Below are positions 12,145-25,415 of a DNA stretch of 64,000 nucleotides, in pieces. Under the pieces are notes generated by a model. The model saw only the letters and a program-made list of their open reading frames with translations. It was not told the DNA's origin and made no database searches. Numbering within the stretch: the stretch's first letter is position 1; every line of letters begins with the position of its first letter. The position numbers and the translations under genes were made by a program. Origin of the DNA: Lama guanicoe (taxonomy: Eukaryota); NCBI GenBank assembly GCA_013239625.1, contig MU053561.1, positions 5,630,439-5,694,438 of the forward strand. Direction: 5' to 3'.

Positions 12145-13120
12145 ATTGGTTGAGACTATTCCTTTCAGCTACCAGCTGCAAGAAACTTGACAAACTGTAG
12201 CTTAAAAAAGTGGAGGTTTACTGGGCCCTGACAACTTCCGTTCATCCTTGTGAGCCAATGGCCTTTGTCTCCACGATCCTAACACGGCTGCTGCCCCTCG
12301 GGCCTCCCCTCTGCATTGCAGATCAGAAGAGTTGGGAGTGGCTGAAGGGCACCAGGCAAGAGGCCTTACTGGTAGGCCAGCGGAGTCTGTTGTTTCTTTT
12401 TTCCTTTTTAATTGAGATATAAGTCACATACCATAAAATTCACCCCTTTAAAGGGTATAATTCAAAGATTTTTAGTATATTTACCAGGTTGTGCAATCGT
12501 CACTGCTATCAAGTTCCAGAACATTTCCATTATTCCAAAAAGAAGCCCACACCCACTAGCAGACAGTTCCCACTCCCCACTCCCTTCCCCTGGCAACAAC
12601 TACCTACTTCCCATCCCCAAGCCTGTTCTGGACACCTCATATAAATGAAACCACACAACGTGTGGCCTTTTGGGTCTGGCTCCCTTTGTGTCTGGCTTCT
12701 TCCACTTAGCGTGATGTTTTCAAGGTTCATCCTTAGAATACAAGTACTGGTACTGATTCCTTTTTAGACTAAATAATATTCCATTGTTTGGTTATAACAC
12801 ATTGGTATATAGACATTTGGGTTGTTTCCACTTTGGAGTTATTATGAATAATGCTGTTGTGAACAACTGCGTACAAGTATTTACGTGAATGTATATGGTA
12901 ACTCAATGTTTTAGCTTTTTGAGGAGCTGCTGAACTGTTTTCCAAGGTGATCGCACCACTTCACAATCCCACCAGCAGTGTACAAGAGTTCCAATGAGTC
13001 TGACTCTTTTAAAACCTTTTCTCAAAAGCCTCTCCCACCCCCAACTCCAGAGACTTCTACAAACATCTCACTGGCCAGAACCAGATCATGTGGCTACTCC
13101 TATCTTCAAATGAGTCTGGG
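12145..13120 (-). mobile_element. Old MaLR LTR (MLT1J/K/L-like) interrupted by L1MB
   Basis: cagctgcaagaaac..aaactgtagcttaaaaaa on the left; tctcactggccagaac..atcatgtggctactcct..tctgggaaa on the right. Confidence 0.55.
12398..12995 (-). mobile_element. L1MB-type 3' end
   Basis: ttttaattgagatataagtcacataccataaaattcaccc...ttttcaaggttcatcc...ttgggttgtttccacttt...cccaccagcagtgtacaagagttcc. Confidence 0.9.
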
Positions 13121-14419
13121 AAAGTGGACAGACTTCTAGCCTTTAAACCTACGTTGTGGAGAAGGAGCGGAGGTTTGCATATTTGCCTGTTAAAGAAGTG
13201 CTCCTGGTCATTTTTTCTGTTAGGAAATCCCCTCCTCAGTACCCCTGACAGAGGGCCATCCCGCCTCTGCTGGAACACTGCCAGTGTTCGAGAAGACTCT
13301 TATCTCTTAAGGGAGCCCCCACTCCACATTTGAATGGATCTTATTGTTAGTTCTTCCTGTGGACTGAATAACAAATCTGATACCTTCCCTCTGAAACAAT
13401 AAAACAAAGGGAATACAGGAATGCAAATGAAATAGCATCATTAATAATGTAAATGTGATGTTCCAGTGATTATCGCCTAGTGCGCAGGAGGGTTCGGTGA
13501 TTGTTTATCTTCCTCCCTTCCAGCCCCCACCCCACCTCTGGTCTCCCCCCTTCTTTCTTCTGTGATGGGATGGCAAGGAGGATACATTTTGTTGTTCTGT
13601 TAAATTATACATTTCCAGGACATCAGGGATGGTGTTGTCTAATTGACGTTGGTCCACACCTGCTACAACTTAACGCGTATGCGAGCATTAATGACATTTT
13701 TTTTTCCTGTAGGAGAGAAGGAAGACAACTGGTGACAGAAGAAACCCTTCACAGACCCACCACTGGATTATAAGCATGCTGGGTGCTTAATGAGTTGCTG
13801 AATAATATAACACTTCTTTAGTTCTTTGGCTGCCTCATGATTAAATGCTATAAATATTTATGATTTATTACTGATGCTTTGGATAGGATAGGCTTTCGAA
13901 GGCTCATGGATCACAGCGATTCTAAAGGAAAATAAGAAAATAAAACTATATAAAGCTGCTTATTTATAATGCAGCTCAAATGAGTTATGTAATTTTTCAG
14001 AAGCTGGTAGAGGTAAAGCTATTCAGCGGCAATGCCATTTAAATGGTTTCTTTTATAATTGGTAATACAGTTCTCATAGGAATATGTTTATAATAAATGT
14101 GTGTTAGGGTGATCATTTTCTACCCAGTCACCTTTGAAGGCTTCAGTTAGGCTGAAAGATCAAAGAACCAGAGAAGTCAGCATTAGATTTACTGCAAGTC
14201 CTTTCTTGCTGCGTGTGTCAACCAAGGGCCACTACATGCGGCTCTTTCCGTCGAAGTCAGAATACAGGTCTCTGAGAACCAAGGCGTGGTCGTCTCTGTA
14301 CCACCAACCCCAGCTGCACGTAATGACCGCCTTACAAAACCTTTTGCTCCTTGTTTCCTTGGTTCTATGGGCTTAGAGGATTTGTGCCCAGGAAATGAAC
14401 ACTTACACGAGGTGCACGG

Positions 14420-14615
14420 CAGTGTTGTGTGGGCAGCTGTAATGTGGATTCTGAGTTCAGATAATTGAGTTTGATTCTTAACTCCATCAAACTGCATGGC
14501 TCTCAGCAAGTTACTGAACCTCTCCGGATTTCTGTTTCTTCATGGACTGAATGGATTAATACATGTGAAGCACCTACTAATAGCAAGTGCTCGATTAAAT
14601 ATTAGGTATTGTTAT
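14420..14615 (+). mobile_element. MIR SINE
   Basis: gcaagttactgaacctctc..tttcttcat..ttaatacatgtgaagcac..aaatattagg. Confidence 0.75.
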
Positions 14616-14829
14616 CTCCCTTAAAAAGAATCCTGAGCAAATCTTTTGACTTAAAATATGCCATAGAACAGAGTAGACATCTCTGAACATTGTACCAGAT
14701 AGCTGATTGTTCAAACATGAGGAAAATTTCACATACAGAGAAAAAGAGAAGCACTAAAGATGTTTCCCTGAAACTGATTCTATACCCTAATAATTACATG
14801 GAAAAGAAAATTATTGAGTTTGACCGTTT

Positions 14830-14990
14830 CCCGTATCTTATCTCATTGCATCTTTATATCAACCCTTTGAGACTGTTATTATTCCCTTCATTTTACTATA
14901 AATATGAGAAGATTAGGACCTCGAGAGATGAAATGATTTGCCCAAGAGCACAAAACTAAGCAGCAGAGTGAAGATTTGAACCCAGGTCTT
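14830..14990 (-). mobile_element. MIR SINE
   Basis: ttattattcccttcatttta...gatttgcccaag..cacaaaactaag..gatttgaacccaggtc. Confidence 0.75.
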
Positions 14991-15819
14991 TCAATCAATA
15001 CATACATACACAAAGTGATGGCAAGAATACGGTTTTGATTTGCTGCTGTAGGAAACAGAAAGGCAAGTTTGGGGGTAGGGAGAAGAGGGATGGAAAAGAA
15101 CATCTTCATATAATTCTAAAAGAAAGAAAGGATGGGTTCTCCTCAAGAAAGCGTCAACCCTCCCTCCTGTGGTGCAGATGTCTGTCACCCAATTGCAGAA
15201 TACATCCCTTTTTTCCTGGGGTTCCCAAATTGACTCCTTAAAATCTAAAGCTCCACTGATCTTGAATCACAAAGGCAGGGTACTCAAACAAAATTATAAT
15301 TTCTTTTTAACTGATAGGTGTAGCCAGAATCTAAGAAACTTTTGCATTATAGACTGAAGGGTTTTAGTATTGCATTTGCTCACGCCGTTTAAGTGGACGA
15401 TAAACATTGCACAATCTCTAATACGTTAATGCCAACAAAGGAAGCAAAAGGTTGCTGGAAATTCATGACTGACAGCCCGTGCTCTCAGCCAGCCCCTGCA
15501 CACACAGCCGCCTCGTGCACCAAGGCTCAGGTCAGGAATTCATGTCACTGAGGGAAAGGTATCTAGTTCCTTATTTGAAAAAGAATTCTTAATACCTCAT
15601 CACTCACATCTCCCTAGTTTTGCTACAGACAAAAAGGAATTAGATAATCAAGTCACATACAGAGAAGAGAATATTTATAATACTCAGTCTCCCAGAAACA
15701 TAAAGTCCAAACTGGAGGGAACAAAAAAGCTAGCAAAACCAACCCAGCTCACTGTATCATGCTAAAGGGCCCCTGAGTGAAGGGCGGGACTATTCCTGGA
15801 GGTGAGGTCTACGGCGATG

Positions 15820-16070
15820 GATGACATTTATTAAACATTTCCTATCTGCCAGACATACTGTTTATCTGGTTTACTTGATCTACTAAATACCGTATCTGGT
15901 TTACTCGTGCAAACAGCAGCATGAGGTAGAATATATTACCTTCATATTAGAGATGAGGAAACTGAGGTTTGGAGAAGGTATGAAGTAACCCCAGGTCACA
16001 CAGACACTAAATGACGTCACAGGGACTCAAACCTTAGGCTCTCTGTTACCTAAGCCTGTGCTCTGTTCAA
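15820..16070 (-). mobile_element. MIR SINE
   Basis: acatttattaaacatt...atgaggtag...agatgaggaaactgaggtttggagaagg..ccaggtcacacag. Confidence 0.8.
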
Positions 16071-16144
16071 TTGTCTACATCTTTTCCTTCTTTCTTTAGG
16101 ATGCGACACCCCCCGCCCCAACCTTTTATCATTAAGGAGTCTAA

Positions 16145-16662
16145 CAGTTTTCTATTGCTATATAGCAAACTACTGCATACTTAGTGGCTTAAAACAACAC
16201 ACTTGTTATCTGTGAATCAGGGATCTGGGCATGACTGGCTGGCTTTTTCACTTTGAAGTCTCTAGCAAGTTTCCAGGTAAGGTGTCAGTCAGGGTTGGGG
16301 GTCTCATCTGAGGCTTGACTGGGGAAGGATCTGCTTCTGAGCTCACACGGTTGTGGGCAGCACTCAGGTCCTGGCAGGTTGTTGGACTGAGGGCCTCTGT
16401 CAACCAGAGACTGCCCTTAGTTCCCTGCTCCATGGCCCCTTCCATGTGGCAGCCGATTTGATTGAAAGAGTCTGCCAGTAAGATGGAAGTTACGGTCTTA
16501 AGTAACATAATCATCATGGCAATGTTTCACCACCTTTGCCATATTATGTTGCTCAGAAGCAAGTCACAGGCTCTGCTCACACTCAAGGGAGGGGCTTACA
16601 CCTCGATGTGGATGATAGGAGCTGGGGGGTGGGGTGCATCTTAATTGGACTCTATTAGCTAC
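16145..16662 (-). mobile_element. MaLR LTR (MLT1F-like)
   Basis: tctattgct..cttagtggcttaaaacaac...ctcatctgaggcttgactggggaaggatctgcttc...agaagcaagtcacagg. Confidence 0.85.
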
Positions 16663-17919
16663 AGAGAGCTATATCTAATGTCCAATGTTTTTCTTTTTAT
16701 TTCTACCAATCCTACAAACTTGTCATAAATTTCCTTGTCTGGGCTTGGAGAAAGGTTTATTATTTTAAAAAAATATTTTAAAAATCCCAGCTGGGATGTT
16801 TATCTCACGCTGGTTGTTAAAAATATTATTATTTGTTATTTCTTAAGACTAGGGCCTTAATCTTATTGGTTGCACTGTCATCTTATTTCTGGAAATAAGC
16901 TCAATACTTACAGGACCCCAGGGAAGTATGCATTTAGTGCAGTTAGCAGGGTCATGAAATAAATACATGACATTCATTCTAGACTCTGTATGTGAGCTCC
17001 TGTGGCCTTCCAGCCCACACCCTTCTAGGTCAGCAGAGGTTATCTCTGTGGGAAATGTAAATTGAGAAGTCCTACAGAATCACCCCAGCACAAGGCTTCT
17101 GGAGGAAGAAAGGTGCAGGCTCACAGTAAACAGTGAACATAATACTTATAATGTGCAATCAGTTGTAGAGGTTATAATTTCCATTGCTTTTTAGTGTCTC
17201 AAACCCCATTGTACCATTGGAATGTAGCCTGCCTGAATTATAGCAGCTTTAAAAAATCTTTTCATCACTATTACCACATACATATGTCTGTGTGTATATA
17301 TATGTATGCACGACACTCAAAATTTAGCACCACGAATTCTCACTGCTGCTGCAAAACTGTGTTCCTTCTCAACCGTCTTGACGTCCACCGCATCCAAAAG
17401 AGGCTCTGGAAGTCTTCCAAAGCCCAGTTACACTGGGGATGTGCAAACCCACCCATCGTCCATCTCCCTATAATTTCTTCAATAACTTCAGCATAGAGTG
17501 ACATTGGTTTACCAAGGAAAAGCTAACAGATTTTCGTCTATAAATAACTGGTTGGCAGTGCTGTGGTGACAATTTATATAATAGAACTCATGCTTAAATA
17601 ATAAGGTAACAGCTTTGGACTGTGAATTTTTAAATGTTTTATTGAAATGTAGACTGATTAACAGGCAAGATTCTCCTCCTAATGATTTTAATTATAGGCT
17701 CTTAATGACAAGAAGCTGTAGAAATAAAAACACGTTAAAATTACATTTTTAATGAAGTGGCACCTGGAAGCCCCAACGTCTCCAAAGCAGGGAGGGATAA
17801 TCTATGGTTACCAAGAAACAATGCATGTGTACACAGAGGTTAAGAAGATGTTCGTCGGGGGAATAGGATTGTTTACGACTCAATTTCTCTGAATGCAAGT
17901 AGGATGAAGATGACTTGTC

Positions 17920-18066
17920 GTGTGGTAAAATGGGCCCTGGACACAGTCAAGATGCTGGTTTCCAGTCTTGGCTCTGCTAAAGTACTTGCCTGTGTGTCCA
18001 TTTCACCTCTCTTGGCCTCAACTTTTCACATGTAAAATGTGGAGGTTGAAACTAACAAGCTCTAAA
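17920..18066 (+). mobile_element. MIR fragment
   Basis: tccagtcttggctctgcta...cacctctcttggcctca..catgtaaaatg. Confidence 0.6.
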
Positions 18067-18077
18067 CCTCACAAATG

Positions 18078-18606
18078 TTTTTTTTAAAGTTGAAGTACAG
18101 TTGATTTACAATATTGTGTTAGTTTCAAGTGTACAGCAAATTGATTCAGTTATATATATATTTTTTCATTATTTGCCATTATATGTTATTATAAGATACT
18201 GAATATAATTCCCTGTGCTATATTATAGTAAGTCCTTATTGCTTATCTATTTTATGTATAGTAGTTTGTATCTGTTAATTCCATACTTTAAATTTATACC
18301 TCCCTTTCCCTCTCCCTCTCCCCTTTAGTAGCCATAAGTTTGTTTTCTATGTTTATGAGTCTGTCTCTGTTTTGTACATAGATTCATTTGTATTATGTTT
18401 TAGATTCTGTATATAAGTGATAGCATGTAATATTTGTATTTCTCTGTCTGACTTACTTCACTAAGTATAATATTTTCCATGTTCATCCATGTTGCTACAA
18501 ATGGCAATATTTCATTTTTCTTTATGGCTGAGTAATATTCCATTGTGGGGGGGTGTGTGTGTGAGGGGTGTGTATTACAAAAAATCTTCCTAAACCAATC
18601 ATCTGA
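18078..18606 (-). mobile_element. 5'-truncated L1 3' end (cetartiodactyl type)
   Basis: ttgaagtacagttgatttacaat...ccctgtgctata...tctgacttacttcactaag; ORF 18400-18693 gives an L1 ORF2 C-terminal-like MEYYSAIKKNEILPF; possible TSD cctcacaaa/cctcataaa. Confidence 0.9.
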
Positions 18607-18789
18607 GCCCTCATAAACTTCGTAATTCTGTGATTTAATTACTTTATCATAGGAATAAACTTTTAGGGAAAATAGACTGAACATATCTGTCACTAAATAT
18701 CAAATCGCCTGCACACAAAAGGATGTCAGCTTTTAGGATATAGACAGGGCTTTGCATGGAATTTATCAAAATTAAATGTTATTTGGATG

Positions 18790-19180
18790 TGTATCCATGT
18801 ACCCAACACTGTGCTAAGTTCCATAGATATGTGGGTGGTGGGTAAGGTGGTGAGGTGGAGAAAAGATAATATTCATCCATCCACCTGTTCATTCATTTCC
18901 CAAGCAAAAACTGGCTTGTTTCTATCTGGAAATGTCTCACTGATAAGGAAATGTTTGAAGAGAAATAGAAAGAGAATGAGGGAACGAACCATATAGAATT
19001 ATCTTGGAGAAAAGCATTTAAACAGAGAAAGAGCAAGCACAGATGCTCTAAGGTAGAGGTGAGTTTATTTTGTTCAGGGATTAGCAAGGAGGCCAGTGTG
19101 GCTAAAGCAAAGTGAGGGAGGAGGAAAGCAGTAGGAGACGAAGTCATGCAGCTGGGAAGGAGCCAGGACACGCAGGACAC
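18790..19180 (-). mobile_element. L2 fragments
   Basis: caacactgtgctaag; tgttcagggattagcaaggaggccagtgtggct. Confidence 0.6.
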
Positions 19181-19199
19181 GACACACACATGTATCCTG

Positions 19200-19800
19200 T
19201 TCCGCACTAGTTGTGCACTTTTATCTGTCTTTAAGTCCAGAAAGTCATCAGCCATAGTTTCTGCAAATATGCCTCATCTGCCCCTCCCTCCTCCTCTTTT
19301 TCAGGAATTCCAATCAGAGCCACACTGGAGTCATTCCATCTATTTTCTGTTTTCTAACCGACATTTCCTAGTTTTAATCTCCTACCATTCTATGCTGCCT
19401 TCTGAGTGGGTTTCTCAATATTATTTTCCAATTCTTTAATTATCTGTTCAAATATATCCAGTCAAGAGTTTATCTTATTCATTTTGATTTTTATTTCAAT
19501 GATTGCATTTTTTTATTTCCAGGATTTCAATTAGTTATTTTTTATATCCACCTGTTCTGTTTTGTTTTAGAATTTCTTGTTCTTATTTATGAGTGCTATT
19601 CGTTCCTTTATCTCTTTGAGGATCTTAAACATATCTATTACAGACATTTTCATATTAATCTCTTATTTTCATCTCATCTGGAGTAAATATATCTTTTAGT
19701 TATTTATAGCTCTTGTCTCACTTTTCTCCATGTGTTTGGTATTGGGTTTGAAGCCTCATTATAGGTATGAGGTTTTATTGTTTTTCTCTCTCTGTTTTCT
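19200..19800 (-). mobile_element. Old L1M fragment
   Basis: T-rich decayed sequence (tcagccatagtttctgcaaatat, tttttatttccagga) typical of antisense old L1. Confidence 0.45.
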
Positions 19801-19900
19801 CAAGGTCTGATGATTTTGTAGTTGCTTTATCCTGGCCCCCCAGGTCTCAGTGTAGATCTCAGCCTTTCTTCCTTCCTCCTTCCCTTTTTCTTTCTTTTCT

Positions 19901-20035
19901 TTTTTTTTGGGGGGGTGGGGGGTGGGGGTGGTAATTAGGTTTATTTATTTATTATTTTAATGGAGGTACTGGGGATTGAACCCAGGACCTAGTGCATGCT
20001 AGGCACACACTCTATCACTGAGTTATACCTTCCCC
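19901..20035 (-). mobile_element. tRNA-derived SINE (Vic-1-like)
   Basis: ggtaattaggtttattt...ggaggtactggggattgaacccaggacct..gcatgctaggcacacactctatcactgag. Confidence 0.9.
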
Positions 20036-20039
20036 CAAC

Positions 20040-20063
20040 CTGTCTGTCTGTCTGTCTGTCTGT
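20040..20063. repeat. (CTGT)6 microsatellite
   Basis: Directly visible. Confidence 0.9.
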
Positions 20064-20759
20064 CTCTCTTTCTTCCTTTCAGTTCAGAGGCTCCTGTCCC
20101 ATCGAATTTTTTAAAAAATCTAGTTAACAACCCAGTGGGCTGTTGGACCCATGTTCTTGCTTCAATGTGAGATCCATCATTTCCCACCTTTCAGGAAACT
20201 CAGCTTCATACACCACTGCTCCAGGCAAGGGTCCACTGCATCCTTTTTATCCTCCTTTTATGGATGGAGGAGTCCATAAAAGTACTGGTTTAACTCAGTG
20301 AAACTGGCCCTCTTCCCCACCTCTCATAGGACACGTCTGGTCCTTGTTACCCCACAGACATTAACATTTCACAGCCTGTGCCTGTTTTCACACCTAGAAG
20401 CCCATGGCTTCAGCCTTACTTGTGGTACTATGTTTTTCTTTGGTTTCTGAGTATGGCCACTTGTGTTTAGATTTCTTGAAAAATATTTTTATCTACCATC
20501 GGTATGTGTTTGGGGCCCAGGGAGAGGGTGTGGACGTAAAAGCATTAACTTGCATGCCATCTTCACTAGAAATCGCTTCAGGAGGAATCTGAAACTCGAG
20601 ATAGGCAGAAGGAATTCATAGGCCCCGAGTAGGCTGGGTGAAAGCATAATCGCAGACCTGATGTCAGGTGAATGTAGGACACGTGCATGGAAGTGGGTGG
20701 AAACCAGCCTGGCTCAAGAGAACGAGGGCAGTTGAGACCTGGGGCTATCAAAGTCAGAG

Positions 20760-20945
20760 TTACATGCCCTCTGCATGTGCTGCTGTAACACACTGTTCTT
20801 CCCCTCTTGTCACACTTGTCATCCTCTGTAACTACCTCAAGGCAGAACCACGTACATCTTATCTACCACCGTGTCCTCTCTATCTTGTACAGCGCCTGCA
20901 TGTAGGTACTCAACAAATATGTGTGGCAAAAAAATGAATAAATAT
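20760..20945 (+). mobile_element. L2 3' end
   Basis: cagcgcctgcatgtaggtactcaacaaatatgtg...aatgaataaat. Confidence 0.7.
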
Positions 20946-23900
20946 TGGGCAGACAAATTACAGTGTGAAAAAAAAATATTGATCACATGTAACTTCACCA
21001 AACACTAAGCATTTGTCTTTTTTTCTTCAGTAGATCAAAAGCTGTTTCCTGCTCACTTTTTTGCCATCAGTATCTCATAATCTGTCATCCAGTCTCGAAA
21101 CTACAATAAAAATGCCTCACTTAAAAGTCTCCAATGGTCTCCCAGGCACCAAATACAACTATTTTCAATTTTCGCCTCATAAGCCTCTCTGTAGCGCACC
21201 CCTGACCTCGGCTCCGGCGGCACCACGCCAGCCTGTCCTGGAGGATTTGTGACAGCTGTGGGGTTACACAGTTGAACGCACAAATATCTGGGCATGAGCA
21301 AGCACTTGACAGAGAGCATGAACAGGGAGTGACCTGCTGAAAGCTGGGTCTTAGGGAATCCGATCTGAACGTGAGAGGCAGGGCAAAGAAGAGTGAGGTG
21401 TGAGGCAGGGAAAAGGCTGGAACAATTGCATGTGTCTTATCTCTGCAGGTCTGTCTGGTATCTTTCTTCTCCCTGAGTCATCTTGCAATCTACGGGTCTC
21501 CTTGGTGCTCAGTTTTGTGGCCTGAGATTTTAGCTCCTCTTCCTAGGACAAGAACCCCATCGATTGACGCTTGGTATAGCTCTTGCCAGACCCGTTCTCT
21601 GGGATCAGGTCTTATCCCTGAGCCCTCAGCCTGCTGTCTGGGGCACGGGTGCACGGGAGTGAAGAATCGACACTTCCCTTTCAAACACCCCTACGCCTGC
21701 ATTTGCTGGGGCTTCTGGAACAAGGCCTAAGACACCGACTGCGCCATCCAGCTTCCCTCTTCACACTCAGCCCTTTCTTCCTCTGTCCAGGCCCCTTCTC
21801 CCAGGTCCGGGACTGTTGCTCATCTCTGCCTCCCTATTGGTTCTGTCCCTCATTGTTGAGGACCGCAAGGCCTTGCACTCCATGCCGGTTTGGTGTTGGG
21901 ACAGAACAAGGTGAGTGGGGCTTCTCAGATCCCAGTCTTAGAGAAGTTGGAGGAGCAGTCAGGTGATCTGAGCAAGGGTTCCCAAGGTAGAAACCCATTA
22001 GCCATCCCGGGGCACAAGGAGATGATGGAGTATTGTAAGTAATAAAGAAAGCTAGTTATCCAAACAGGGGCACAAGGCCGGGGCTGGACTTGTAGTCGGA
22101 TGACCTGACAGCTTGCTCCATGAGGCTGGGCTGCAGATCCAGAGATGCCTGCTGTGTGAGGTCACGGCTGGTCACATTCAGGAGAGCAAGGGTTTAGCTT
22201 GTAGGTAGGAATCTAAATGGTTTGCTATCTGGACTGAGACCAGCAGCAGAGTTAGGAACCAGGCACAGCCTGCAGAGTGCCTTGTACACCCCAGTATGTG
22301 TACATTTATACTCAAGATAGTAATATAACTCATATATATATAGTATATAACTCATATATAGTTTTATATATCAAACTGTGTTAAAGGTATAAACATTGTG
22401 ACTAAAATATATGAATCCAAATATTCCTTCTCTCTCTGGAGGTGCTTTCTTGTTCTAAAATTACTGTCCTGCAGTATTTATGTTCTTTTTTTCAGCTCCC
22501 TGAACTACTTGAGAGCTTTTTTCCTGGGGGCTGAGTAAGGAGATCATGGGCCACTTTAAAGGCAGTAGTCAACAAATGACTCACATAAGATAAAGATTTT
22601 TCTTTGAGCAGCCCATCTAGTGGAACCCCTGATTCTCTACACTCAGATTTCTTCTTACTAGTTTTATTCTTTCCTTCCTTTTCTTTTTCCATTTTTTTTT
22701 TCTTTCTGTCCTAGGATATTTGGTCTTACCGCTGGTTATCTGAGTGGCCCCTTTTCCTCTCTATGTCACTCCCCACTATCTGCTTTCTGCTTTTCATTAG
22801 TTTCCCCCAGGGGCAGTGAGGGATCTGTCCTGGCTCACACAGTAATCTGCACTGGGCCAGGGCTCGGAGTTGGGTGGACCAGGATATCTTGCAACCCCCA
22901 GACTTAATCTAGGAGATTAACATCAGAGGATTTGTCAACCTGCCTTTTGGAAGACACCTGACAGTGGTTTTTTGTTGTTTCCTGATGCATTTGTGGAGTT
23001 CGGGCATTTTTTGTCATTGAGGTAATTGATTCATCATCTGGTTCAAATCCCATATTTCCTAAGTTGATGATACAAATCATTAAAAAAAGAGAAAAAGGCA
23101 GGAAACTGGCTCTGCTCCAAGAAATGGACAGTGATCTCAGGTTCTCATAGATTTATCTCATTGTGAATTCTGAGTCCAAAATCCCTTCCACCCTTCCTGG
23201 CTCTGGGCTTCACCTGCCTCCTTTATTTTCCTTTGAATCTGATTGAGCGAGTTGGCTGTGTTATACATTCATATAGAAAAATTTCTCCTTGAAATTGGCT
23301 TCTGTGTCCTGAAAGGGAGATGAGCTTTTTCTCCTTCTGTCCCTTCGCCCTTCTTCACTCCTCACTTTCTCCTCTCTGCCCCTCATGGCCAGGTGAACAC
23401 AGTCTTCTAAAGATATCCTGGCTATTTCTGGAAGTGCTATTCTTACCAACCAAAATGGTTTGGTTGCTTTAGAAGGGGAAAAAGAGCTACAAAATGATTC
23501 ATTGCCTCCTCTTCAGCTGTTGTCTCCGACGAGTGTGCCAGACACTGTGCTAGGTACCAGAATTGTTTATATAACCCCCCAAGGCTAAATTAATTTCCTT
23601 TTGGGGACTTGTATCACTTAGAGTGAGACTGTCAAAGCCTCCTGTGCTAACTTTTCCCATTTGGTACTCAGCAGCCATTCTTTGTAGCTGTAATTAATTA
23701 ACAATGGCCACCCCAGAGCCCTTTATTGGAAACCTGATATCTGGGACAAGAGGTATCTGGAAAAAAAATCCCACAATAGTACCTGTGCGAAGGCGGCACA
23801 GAGCAAAGAATTCATTTGAGTTTTCTACAGGGTGTAGTTTTTGTGTAACTAAATGACATCCCCCCTCCCCCCGGCCTCTCTGAAGCTCTCTTCACTTCCC

Positions 23901-24692
23901 TACCCACTTCTGTTCCTTGATATAATACGTGAGCCATGTTTTTCTTCTGATTCATCAGGGCTCCTAGCACACCCGTCTTCAAGTCAGTCTCCACTTCAGC
24001 TCTTATCTCTCCCTCTTCACAGTCGGTAAACAGCTCCATCCTTCCCGAGCGCTGAGGGTTTTGTGTCTTTCACGGGGGTTTTTCTTATCACTGATAACTT
24101 TGTGTGCTCCTTTATTCTCCTCCTGTGTTGCAGCACACAACCCGCTCCCCACCCCCCCAGAAGAGGCTGTGTAGTGTTTTCCTGCTTCTTAACATCGTGT
24201 GGGTTGGGGCCTTTTGGTTTCATTTGGGGTTTCAAGTGTTGGGCAACACAGCTGGTGGAATTTGTAAGGAGGATATGTGGACCTGGTGGCCGACTCACAC
24301 TTGCCCCTGCAGGTGCTGCAACACTGAACTTTGCCCTCTTCACTCTGTTTCCTTGGGCCATTGTCTTCCCACTGAGACGGAGTGGCCCTGTGTCTTCACC
24401 CACAGTCCCCTGTGCTGTCCGACATGTACACGGGGACAATTTCAGCTCGAGCTGAGGGCCAACTCGTCCTGAGGCCTGGCCCTGCTCTCGGTGCTGTGAT
24501 ACAAAGATAGACAGACTCAGGCCTTAACCTCAAGGAGTTCCCAACCTTGTGTGGCAAATACACATGGAAGTCAGTTGTTGCTAGGGGTTAGAACACTACA
24601 AACACAGGGGCGATGGGAGCACGTAGGAACCCAGGTGATTCTCCAGTGAAAGCATGGGAAATAGAAGTTAAGTTCTAAAAAGAATGCTCTTA

Positions 24693-25000
24693 ATGACCCA
24701 AATGAACTTATTTACAAAACAGAGATTCACAGATGGAAAACAAACTTTTGGTTACCAAAGGGGAAAAGGTGGAGGAGAGGTAAATTAGGAGTTTGCGATT
24801 AGCAGATGCTAACTACTATACATAAAATAGATAAACAAGGTCCTACTGTATAGCGCAGGGAACTATAGTCAATATCTTATAATAACCTACAATGGAAAAG
24901 AATATGTATGTGTACAACTGACTCACTATGCTGTACACCAGAAACTAACACAGCACTGCAAATCAACTATACTTCAATTAAAGAAATAAAAAAAAAAAGA
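24693..25000 (+). mobile_element. 5'-truncated L1 3' end with TSD
   Basis: aatgaacttatttacaaaacag...ttaggagtttg...acttcaattaaa plus polyA; flanks aaaagaatgctctt / aaaaaaatactctt. Confidence 0.9.
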
Positions 25001-25415
25001 AAAAAATACTCTTTAGCTTTGACACACCATAAGCATCGGCGTGTAAGGTGAATGGGATTAGAGGCAAGGGGAGGGGATGTGCTTTTGGGGCATATTGAAT
25101 CATATGCACGTTGAAAATTAAATAATGGACACACTTACAGCACTCCTAACAAACACAAATTTCCAGACAAATAAGGAAGGAAAGGTTGTCACTGGTGGAG
25201 GAAAACTGAATTGCAAAGGCACAGCTCGTGCTTCAGGGTGACAATGCTATGATGGGGGTGGAGGAGCTGTGGGTGGAGAGGCTGATAAAGTCAGGTGGGA
25301 ATGGGCAAGTCCTGGGGGAGCTGCCCATGAGGGCCTATCCCGGGATGGGGTGTGAGGACCAGGTGGATCGGGGCAATATTTACTCAGAGCAGCCAGAGGA
25401 AGATACGTTCTAAAG

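Noticed and set aside
15863..15905. 13-bp direct repeat tatctggtttact; similar micro-duplications at ~22324-22362, 48440-48461 and ~62870-62910
   Set aside because: These are two-copy slippage duplications with no array or spacer structure, so they are not CRISPR-like.
21960..22275. Possible ancient LTR-like segment with a repeated ggggcacaagg
   Set aside because: I could not identify termini, a TSD or a family with any confidence.
24017..24472. Three overlapping 122-140 aa ORFs, the longest in the window
   Set aside because: They are open on both strands in a locally stop-poor stretch, with no recognisable domain or convincing exon boundaries.
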